DNA of 10,641 nt from Elusimicrobiota bacterium (GCA_043816185.1 JBDRIG010000018.1:1-10641), one strand, 5' to 3'; positions 1 to 7,578 are shown, counted from the first letter of the stretch. Made by a program: numbers and translations. The notes: generated by a model not told the origin, from the letters alone.

Positions 1-3000
1 CACGAGGGACTTAGATTAAAAGGTTATGGCAATATTTTAACATACCTATTTAGCCCACCAAAAACAGCATACCGCATACTAACACGCCAGAAAAAAATCG
101 AATCTTTACAAGATAAATTAGCAGAATCTGAAGTAAAAATAACAGAACTTGAAAAAAAAGCGAAAATATTTGAAGAACTCGCAGGTAAGGATGCACTTAC
201 CGGAATTTACAATTTTAGATTCTTTAATGAGTTTTTAAGAAAAGAAGTTGAACGAGCAAAGAAACAGACAGGTATAGGTGGACAGACAAGAAGAAAAGAA
301 TTTGAAACTAGTTTATCTCTAATAACATTTGATATTGATTTCTTCAAAAAAGTAAACGATGTTTATGGACACGGTGTAGGCGATAAAGTGTTAAAAGCCA
401 TATCAGAAACTGTAAGTAAAAATATTAGAGAAACAGATGTTTTTGCACGTGTTGGTGGAGAAGAGTTTGCCATAATTTTACCTCAAACTAATGAAGACGG
501 TGCAAGAAAACTTGCCGAGAAAATAAGAAAAGCAGTAGAAGATTTGCGTGTTGAAGGTGATAGAACAAAAGTTTCAGTAACCATAAGTTTGGGCGTTTGT
601 GAATATAAAGATAATGTTACCAGTGATATATTTTATAAAAACGCAGACAGTGCACTTTATAAATCAAAAGATGCAGGAAGAAATAAAGTAACTGTATATA
701 ATATTATACCAGAGCCAAAGACAGACCAAAGTCAAAAACCGCAAGTTAAATTGCAAGATGTTCAAGATCAAGATGCTTTGAAATCGAAAGAGTTGGAAAA
801 AATTCAAAATGCTTTGAAGAGTATTAATTTGAAAGAAGGTGGGAACACACTAAGTACCATAGCACCTCGTCGCTGGGACAAAGAACCACCCGTAAATTTT
901 GATGAAATGATTGAATATTATCGGCAAAACGGACACGAATCACCATTAGAAAAAATCGAATTGCTTATTAACGACGATTTTGATAAGTATTTAGAATATA
1001 AACAGTTGATGGAAGAATTACTTCCTTATAAGAAATATCTACTCAATTCCGAGAAAAATAATAATAATATTAAAGTTTTTCTTGACAAAACTGACAAAAC
1101 AATGTTTTCTGTATTGGCACAATTGATATATTATGTGCCTTCGCATGGAACTTTTGAGAAAACTAAATCACAATTACAAGAACTTAAAAAACGATTGAAA
1201 GAATGGGATATAGCTATAGCACGCAACTTAGTAACACCGAAAAAAGAGACATCGTCTTCTAATGTCCAACTAGATACTCAGCAAAACCAACCGCTAACAC
1301 TTGACAAATTGTTAGAATTATTAAAAGACAAAAATCGTTTACCAAAAGTAATCGCATTTGATTTTGATGGTACGCTAATTCCATTGGGCAGATATACAAG
1401 ACAAATGTCTATCTCAGACGAAATGAAGGAACGATTAAAGGAGTTGTCAAAACATACAAAAATAGCTATCATTACTGGCTCATCATTTGAGACCGTGAAT
1501 GAACTACTGGGAGATTTAAGTGTGTCTGTATCGTATATTTTTACATCAAACGGAGCCACACTTTATGAGAATCGTAATGGCGAGAATTTTAAAAAGACCT
1601 ATTCTGAAAAGTTTAATGAAGACGAAATCAGTAATATAAAGGAAATTTTTAATCAAGTAATGGAAGATAGTGTTTTAAAGGGAGAGATAGTAATAGATAG
1701 GGATGATAGAATTTATGTTCAATTAGAGGCTGAGGATGAAGGTAAGGCATTCGAAATGGCAAGAACAGTTCAAAGTTCGCCGAATTTGAAAAAGTTTGGA
1801 TATCAAGTTTTTATTAATAAGGCAAAAGGAACAATAACAATTTCAAAAAAAGCAAAAGATTTTGCCATAAATGAACTTATACAACGAGAAAATACAGATG
1901 ATATTTTATATGTTGGTGATGAGTTTTCAGAATTTGGTAACGATGTTTCAGTTTTGAATGTTTCCAAAATACTTGTTGGAGAGACACCATCAAACGAAGA
2001 TACAGAAAAATTTGCAGGAAACCTTCTCGATTTATATAAGCCATCTCCTGAGACATCTCCAACGGAAAAAAGTGTGGTGGTAGTGAAAAAACCTGCTCCA
2101 AAAGTAACACCGGAAAAAGATATCAAAGATACCAATATTTTAAATTTAGCAACAAAACAAGCACAGAATGCCACCAATCCTGCAAAATTAATAATAGAAA
2201 CAGCGAAAGAAACAGCAATTCCAAAAAGCCACAAATGGCTAAAAGAAGAACATCCAGAACTATACGGTAAAACGATGTTCCATGTTTCACCAGGATTCAA
2301 GCCATCACCAGATTTTCTATCTCTGTTTGATGATGAAAAGATGCGTATAAGAGTAGCAAATGGACACCAGACGGGTGGATTAGAACCGTTGGTTACCGAG
2401 GAATTAGTCGAACTTACAGACATGGGAATGAACGCCATTGGTGTAAGTTTGTTATACAAATACGCACCGATGCAACAAGATGATGGCTCTATAAAATTAG
2501 AAAAAATTGATTATGAAAAAGCGATTGAAAAAGAGAAACTTGTATATTTAGGAAAAGTTGGAGTTCCAATAGAAGGTAAAGATGTGATAGTAAGAGTCTG
2601 GGCGGCATCATTTAATACGAAGGGTAGCAATAAAGCAGTAGTTCTGTATTTAGATTATGATGACATAACCACGCAAATTTACCCTGGTGACTTAGAATTA
2701 AGAGCAAAACAGATGCTGTTATTAGGCCGTGGGACACTATCTATCGTAAAAGAAATTTTAGAAGGAAAGCCTGAATTTAGAGAAAAGATAATTAATTTAG
2801 GACTTCCGTTTGGAAAAATAGAACCAGCAATTATACAGATGAACGAGGCATTGACGGTATTTGCACATCCCAAAACAATAAATGACAAGTTTATAGATGA
2901 TCCAAAGCTAAATTCTATTACATATGGATTTACAACACATACACCAGTAGAAGCAGGATTACAAAAGTTGCCGACGGAATGGGCTGATAGAATAAAATTA

Positions 3001-6000
3001 AATCCTGAATTGTGGAGATATTCGATAATAAGAAATGAAAACCAACTTGATTTGACAAAGATAGCGATGATATTGGCAAACATAAGAAATGCTGTATCGA
3101 AAGAACATGGTATGGTGATAGAACAAAAGTTGTATCCCGAATTTAAAGGTTTGATAAAAGGTATTGTTAATGGTATTAGTTTATTACACTGGCAAATCAA
3201 AGAGATGGGTGAATTGGTAGACGAAGAATATACAGAAAAAAATGTTAATAAAATGGTTGGAGTACATAGTCAAGCGAAACAAAAACTGGCAAATTGGATT
3301 TATGAAAAAACAGGAACGAGTTTAGACACAACAAAACTTTTCAGCGTTGAAGCAAGAAGAAAAAGTGATTTTAAGTCAGTAGATACATTTATAGCTGCAA
3401 TGCGAAATCCAAGTTTAAGAAACGAATTTTTGAATTCTGATACTATCCAGATTTTCTTAGGAAAACCTCATATAACAGATAATTGGGGATTAGCGAGAGT
3501 AAAAGAACTTATTGCGCTCTCAGAAGGAAGAATAATCAAAGTAACAGAAGACGTGTGTACCCGTACGTTGAGTGAAGGAGAAATTGAATTTGATGATAGG
3601 CTTAAGAGCAGAGTTGTATTTGTACCGAACTTTAATGTCGAAGAGGCACCAATTGTGTTTCAAGGTGCCGATGTTTTATGTATGTGGTCAGTGTTGGGAA
3701 CCGAAGCGTCTGCTACTGGTTATATGAAGGGTATCGTAAATGCAATCATAACACTTGCAACAAGAACAGGTGGTCCACTTGAGCATATTCGTGAGTTAGA
3801 AAATGGTGTTTTTATAGATGACTATTTGTCAGATGGACAACCTTTGCCGAAAGGATTGATGAATGCGATGTCAGTAATATCAAATATATACAGACAAAGT
3901 ATGAAAGAAGTTGGACAAGATAAATTGAAATGGGATGTTGATTGGTATAAAATGATGTGGAATGCCTTACAGACAACACATGAGGTGGATGTAAAAGAAC
4001 AACTGAAAAAGTACATCACAGAATTATGGTCACCTGCATATAATGTTAAAATAGCGAGTATCGGCGAACCAACCAAAACAGAAACGGGGTCGGGTGTAAT
4101 GACTAACAAAACGAACTTAGCAATTGCATTACCGATATTTTCATTAAGAAATGATGACTATGATCCAGGAATTGGTAAATTTTTAGATTTAAAAAATGTC
4201 TATAAAAATAAACTTAAACCAGCAGGTGTAAATACACTAATGTTATTACCACACTTTAGACCTTCAAAAGAATCACCCTACGCACCCGTAGACGTACGCA
4301 GTGTAAATGAAGATTGTATTGATCTACTGGAAGAAGCGAAACGGTTAGGATTACCTAAAGAAAAAATAGAAAATATTAGAAGAATCTTGCATAACGAGAC
4401 TTGTGATGAAAAAGTGGATTATGGGGAAACGAGAGAAAAAGAGTTTGATGTAGCAATGCAACTTTACGATGAATTCCTCAAAAAAGAAGATAAGGAATTT
4501 ACAAAGTTCAAAGAAGCAAACGTTGATTGGTTGGCGAATTATACAGATTATATGTCGGCATGGAAAATATTGGGTAGACATCCTGTGAGCAAAGAAGAGA
4601 TAGATGGTGTATGTAAAGTTTCGCCAGAAAAATGGGCAATATACCCATCTTTATATGAATATTTGCAGTACGTTGGTTATGGGCAACTCGAGGAAGTAAT
4701 TAAATATGTTCATTCTGAGGGTGGTAAGGTAATGTTTGATATGCCTTTTTTTCGTAGCAAAAATTCAGTTGATGTGGTTTACCACAAAGAATATTTTGAC
4801 AATGGTTTGAAATCACCTGGCGCTTACTGGTTGAAAAACGGAGAACGTAGGGGTGGTATTTGGAGTGATATTGTTTTATATAATTGGGATGAATTAAAAA
4901 AAGTAGAATATCGACCAATAATTTCACCAGCGAAACACTGGTTAAAGTTCGGCTTTGATGGTTTGCGTCTCGATGCATTGCAGCTTGCATATCCACTAAA
5001 ACATCTTGGAGATATGGTTAGCCAGAGCGGAAACGAGCAGGGTGACGATTTTGTTTCACAATTGGCAGCGGCAATAAGAAGTGTAAATCCACAAGCGGTA
5101 GTTGTTGCGGAAGCATTTGAAGGTACGGATGTTCATATAAAGAATACATACGGATTTTACACAATTTCACTTGTTTGTGGATATAACACACAGAATATAA
5201 GTGATGTATCGAAAACACCCAAGGTATGGCTCCAGATTAGTTCGCACGATGTTCCAAGAGTACAAAACGATAAAGAACTCATCCAGAAATACGGAATTGA
5301 GCGTAGCAAAGAATCGTTTATTGATTTTTTCAATACGATCGTGACAAAATCGGGTGCTGAATTTATAAGTTTCACCTTGGGCGATCAATATGGCGACGAT
5401 AGACCCATAAAAGAAAGCGTAGATGGTGAAACATCGTGGACATATCGTATGCCAGCTGAAGTAGATCTTAAAAATAAGCGGTTTGATATAACAGAATTGC
5501 TGGGTAAAATGGTTTTTAATTCGCAAGTAAAAACAGAAACAGGGTATTTTCAACAAGGATACACTGTTGGAAACAGATTGAAACTGCCAAAGATTGACGA
5601 AGATATGATTAAAAAATTGCAGCAAATAGAAAACTTTTCGTTGAGATATAACGATGAAAAAGATAAGTTAGACGATATGAATGCTCCAGGGCTGCATGTA
5701 TTATTAAAAATACATCAGTATATGGAAAGTATAAAAATTGTTGATGAACGCGGTAAAGCGTCGCTATTGTATCATGGCAGAGGTAATCACTTTTTTGAGA
5801 AACTCAAAGATATATTAAATAGAGCGGGACTTACGGAAGAAGCAATTCCTGATGCTTGGGCATATATCAATCAGTTAAGTGTAAAAGCTATCACACTTAA
5901 TGATATAGAAGATAAGGCAAATATAAATAGACAACTATTTGGATTCGTTCAGGGCTTATTAGAAAATGTTCAGTACCAACAGTATTTATCTAATAACAAT

Positions 6001-7182
6001 AATATTATTCCTACAGAAGCAGGAGTCCATGATGTTTTCAAAAAACTTCTTGTAGCAGCAGATTCATTTATAATGCGGGACGAAAAAGGAAATTTAGAAA
6101 TACTCACACAGCATCCGTTTAAGTCTTTGCCTGGTTTATTACTTACAACAGGTAAATATGAAGAAGCAAAAGAAGTGTTTAGAAATTATGCAAAATATCA
6201 ACGAGATGGATTTATACCCAACACAATCACTTCGGAGGTTGGAGTTTCAGCTCCGTCGTATAATTCTGCAGATAGTTCTTTATGGTTTATAGAGGCACTA
6301 TATAAATATTATGAAGCTACAGAGGACATCAAATTTATAAAAGAACTTTTACCAGTGGTCAGCATGATTATAGCACGATATAAAAAAGTAGCGACGGATG
6401 TAGATTTACAAAACGAAATTTATTTGGATTCTGATAATCTAATTGTAACTCCATCACAATTGACATTGATGGACGCAACGCCGCAAGATAAATCGGTTAT
6501 GTTAGAAAGTGGTAAGCCAATTGGAATGCAAGCACTATTTTATAATGCGTTGGGCATAACAATCGAATTTAATAAGTTAGTTGGCAATAAAACAGTGGCA
6601 AATGAATTATCTCAATTAAGGGGTAAAATTGGATCTGCAATCAATCAACGATTTTTTGAAGAAAAAGGTAGTTATCCTTCAGATGTTGTCGATGGTGGTG
6701 AATATGGGAACGCAATTCGGTCCAATGCAATATTTTTACTTTCATTGAGCAAGGTGGGTGATTTATTAACCGAAGTAAAAAAGAAAATAATAGTTGATAC
6801 GGTTGAGAAAGAATTATTATCGCCATTTGGGATAAGAGTACAGCAGGAAGGAACCATTTTGCCACACTTGATTTCTCATTATATTTTTAGTAAAATAAAC
6901 CAGGTGAGTAATAAATCGTACGAAGAAGTGATTGCAGAAGTAAAAACCAAAATAGGCAATTTAGTCCACATAGTAAGAGAGAAAGGAACAGTTCCTGAAA
7001 TGTTTGATGGTCGTCCACCACATATGGGAGGTGGGCATATTTCAGATGAAAAGTCGGTTGCCGCAATGTTGGAGATACTTAATTTGTTTAAGTCAGAATT
7101 TAAAGAAGTTAAGAAAATTGATAGAAAAGAATTGGAAAAAATAAGTGTTGAGGAAATAAAGAAACTGCTCGGTGCAGGATAA
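1..7182 (+). CDS. Giant multidomain protein, 5'-truncated by the window (>2393 aa): GGDEF + HAD-IIB + alpha-glucan phosphorylase + GH77 glucanotransferase + amylo-1,6-glucosidase-like
   Basis: Frame +1 has no stop from base 1 (HEGLRLKGYGNILTYLF...) to TAA at 7180-7182. Bases 1-387 encode the first half of the GGDEF domain (DALTGIYN, FDIDFFKKVNDVYGHGVGDKV), so the GTG at 388 is internal. Domain motifs are listed below. Confidence 0.95.
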   Translation, partial: HEGLRLKGYGNILTYLFSPPKTAYRILTRQKKIESLQDKLAESEVKITELEKKAKIFEELAGKDALTGIYNFRFFNEFLRKEVERAKKQTGIGGQTRRKEFETSLSLITFDIDFFKKVNDVYGHGVGDKVLKAISETVSKNIRETDVFARVGGEEFAIILPQTNEDGARKLAEKIRKAVEDLRVEGDRTKVSVTISLGVCEYKDNVTSDIFYKNADSALYKSKDAGRNKVTVYNIIPEPKTDQSQKPQVKLQDVQDQDALKSKELEKIQNALKSINLKEGGNTLSTIAPRRWDKEPPVNFDEMIEYYRQNGHESPLEKIELLINDDFDKYLEYKQLMEELLPYKKYLLNSEKNNNNIKVFLDKTDKTMFSVLAQLIYYVPSHGTFEKTKSQLQELKKRLKEWDIAIARNLVTPKKETSSSNVQLDTQQNQPLTLDKLLELLKDKNRLPKVIAFDFDGTLIPLGRYTRQMSISDEMKERLKELSKHTKIAIITGSSFETVNELLGDLSVSVSYIFTSNGATLYENRNGENFKKTYSEKFNEDEISNIKEIFNQVMEDSVLKGEIVIDRDDRIYVQLEAEDEGKAFEMARTVQSSPNLKKFGYQVFINKAKGTITISKKAKDFAINELIQRENTDDILYVGDEFSEFGNDVSVLNVSKILVGETPSNEDTEKFAGNLLDLYKPSPETSPTEKSVVVVKKPAPKVTPEKDIKDTNILNLATKQAQNATNPAKLIIETAKETAIPKSHKWLKEEHPELYGKTMFHVSPGFKPSPDFLSLFDDEKMRIRVANGHQTGGLEPLVTEELVELTDMGMNAIGVSLLYKYAPMQQDDGSIKLEKIDYEKAIEKEKLVYLGKVGVPIEGKDVIVRVWAASFNTKGSNKAVVLYLDYDDITTQIYPGDLELRAKQMLLLGRGTLSIVKEILEGKPEFREKIINLGLPFGKIEPAIIQMNEALTVFAHPKTINDKFIDDPKLNSITYGFTTHTPVEAGLQKLPTEWADRIKLNPELWRYSIIRNENQLDLTKIAMILANIRNAVSKEHGMVIEQKLYPEFKGLIKGIVNGISLLHWQIKEMGELVDEEYTEKNVNKMVGVHSQAKQKLANWIYEKTGTSLDTTKLFSVEARRKSDFKSVDTFIAAMRNPSLRNEFLNSDTIQIFLGKPHITDNWGLARVKELIALSEGRIIKVTEDVCTRTLSEGEIEFDDRLKSRVVFVPNFNVEEAPIVFQGADVLCMWSVLGTEASATGYMKGIVNAIITLATRTGGPLEHIRELENGVFIDDYLSDGQPLPKGLMNAMSVISNIYRQSMKEVGQDKLKWDVDWYKMMWNALQTTHEVDVKEQLKKYITELWSPAYNVKIASIGEPTKTETGSGVMTNKTNLAIALPIFSLRNDDYDPGIGKFLDLKNVYKNKLKPAGVNTLMLLPHFRPSKESPYAPVDVRSVNEDCIDLLEEAKRLGLPKEKIENIRRILHNETCDEKVDYGETREKEFDVAMQLYDEFLKKEDKEFTKFKEANVDWLANYTDYMSAWKILGRHPVSKEEIDGVCKVSPEKWAIYPSLYEYLQYVGYGQLEEVIKYVHSEGGKVMFDMPFFRSKNSVDVVYHKEYFDNGLKSPGAYWLKNGERRGGIWSDIVLYNWDELKKVEYRPIISPAKHWLKFGFDGLRLDALQLAYPLKHLGDMVSQSGNEQGDDFVSQLAAAIRSVNPQAVVVAEAFEGTDVHIKNTYGFYTISLVCGYNTQNISDVSKTPKVWLQISSHDVPRVQNDKELIQKYGIERSKESFIDFFNTIVTKSGAEFISFTLGDQYGDDRPIKESVDGETSWTYRMPAEVDLKNKRFDITELLGKMVFNSQVKTETGYFQQGYTVGNRLKLPKIDEDMIKKLQQIENFSLRYNDEKDKLDDMNAPGLHVLLKIHQYMESIKIVDERGKASLLYHGRGNHFFEKLKDILNRAGLTEEAIPDAWAYINQLSVKAITLNDIEDKANINRQLFGFVQGLLENVQYQQYLSNNNNIIPTEAGVHDVFKKLLVAADSFIMRDEKGNLEILTQHPFKSLPGLLLTTGKYEEAKEVFRNYAKYQRDGFIPNTITSEVGVSAPSYNSADSSLWFIEALYKYYEATEDIKFIKELLPVVSMIIARYKKVATDVDLQNEIYLDSDNLIVTPSQLTLMDATPQDKSVMLESGKPIGMQALFYNALGITIEFNKLVGNKTVANELSQLRGKIGSAINQRFFEEKGSYPSDVVDGGEYGNAIRSNAIFLLSLSKVGDLLTEVKKKIIVDTVEKELLSPFGIRVQQEGTILPHLISHYIFSKINQVSNKSYEEVIAEVKTKIGNLVHIVREKGTVPEMFDGRPPHMGGGHISDEKSVAAMLEILNLFKSEFKEVKKIDRKELEKISVEEIKKLLGAG
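181..702 (+). other. GGDEF diguanylate cyclase domain of the giant protein, preceded by a probable coiled coil (~91-180)
   Basis: DALTG (190-204), DIDFFKKVND-YGHGVGD, I-site RETD (427-438) five residues before GGEEF (454-468), VTISLG, ADSALYKSKDAGRN. Confidence 0.95.
1345..1980 (+). other. HAD-superfamily subfamily IIB (Cof/PMM-like) sugar-phosphate phosphatase or mutase domain
   Basis: Motif I VIAFDFDGTL (DFDGT 1360-1374), motif II IITGS, IIB-type SNGA, probable motif III Lys in KKAKDFAI, motif IV YVGDEFSEFGND (GD 1915-1920, GND 1936-1944). Confidence 0.88.
2260..4044 (+). other. Divergent alpha-glucan/glycogen phosphorylase (GT35) domain
   Basis: Collinear phosphorylase motifs: GGL..., GVSLLY, ITTQIYPGD-LRAKQMLLLGRG, MNE, FTTHTPVEAG, NAVSKEHG, IVNGI, ARR, IFLGKPH, VVFVPNF, QGADV, EASATGYMK (3703-3729; PLP-binding Lys position retained). 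Confidence 0.9.
4075..4090 (+). repeat. Intragenic direct repeat copy 1 (aaaacagaaacggggt; KTETG) at the phosphorylase/GH77 junction
   Basis: 15/16 identical to 5530-5545, same reading frame. Confidence 0.6.
4099..5520 (+). other. 4-alpha-glucanotransferase (GH77, MalQ/amylomaltase-like) domain
   Basis: LPIFSLR...GIGKFLDL, LLP...SPYAP, DMPFF..SVDV, W..LYNW, RLD (Asp 4972-4974), VVAE (Glu 5110-5112), SHD (Asp 5248-5250), SWTYRMP. Confidence 0.85.
5530..5545 (+). repeat. Intragenic direct repeat copy 2 (aaaacagaaacagggt; KTETG) just after the GH77 domain
   Basis: 15/16 identical to 4075-4090, same reading frame. Confidence 0.6.
6040..7092 (+). other. Amylo-alpha-1,6-glucosidase (glycogen debranching enzyme C-terminal, GDE_C/GH133-like) domain, degenerate
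   Basis: AADSFI, SLPGLLLTTG, GFIPN, YNSADSSLWF, QLTLMDA, GKPIGMQALFYNAL, LLSPFGIR, GTVPEMFDG-PPH. Several hallmark motifs are missing (see findings). Confidence 0.85.
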
Positions 7183-7210
7183 AATCAAATTTGTAAAAAG
7201 TGGATGGGAG

Positions 7211-7216
7211 GGAGGT
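7211..7216 (+). promoter_or_regulatory. Shine-Dalgarno sequence for the receiver gene
   Basis: GGAGGT 5 nt upstream of ATG 7222. Confidence 0.8.
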
Positions 7217-7221
7217 GTAAA

Positions 7222-7578
7222 ATGGTTACAGTTCTAATAGTAGAAGATGATATTGATATATCAGAATTGATTAAGGAACGATTAGAAAGTAAGGGCTATA
7301 AAACAGTGGTCGCATATACTGGTAGTGAGGGGATTAAATCTGTCAATACCGAGAACCCGAGTATTATAACCTTAGATATTCATTTGCCTGATATGAGCGG
7401 CATTGAAGTATTAAAATTATTAAAGGCGAACAAAGATAAATCTTCAATTCCTGTGATTATTGTAACTTCCGACGATACAGTAGAAAATGAATGTAAAGAA
7501 TGTAGGGCAGATGGGTTCGTAGCCAAGCCAATAGATTTCAAAAAGTTGGATGAGATAATAAAATCAACAGCAAAATAA
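7222..7578 (+). CDS. Single-domain CheY-like response regulator (118 aa)
   Basis: VLIVEDD, phosphoacceptor Asp in ITLDIHLPDMSG, IPVIIVT, FVAKP. No output domain. Start moved from 7204 to 7222 because of the SD and the domain boundary. Confidence 0.95.
   Translation: MVTVLIVEDDIDISELIKERLESKGYKTVVAYTGSEGIKSVNTENPSIITLDIHLPDMSGIEVLKLLKANKDKSSIPVIIVTSDDTVENECKECRADGFVAKPIDFKKLDEIIKSTAK

Noticed and set aside
1..15. HEGLR as a zinc-metalloprotease HExxH motif
   Set aside because: The second His is absent and upstream context is outside the window.
388..390. ORF-track start of the giant protein
   Set aside because: The GTG lies mid-GGDEF domain and the frame is open back to base 1.
1278..6865. 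Minus-strand ORFs inside the giant gene (e.g. 1803-2459, 2679-3200, 5167-5625)
   Set aside because: Antisense shadows of a well-supported coding strand, with no recognisable motifs.
7204..7221. Upstream start (MGGRCK) for the receiver
   Set aside because: This stretch contains the SD for ATG 7222, where the receiver fold begins.
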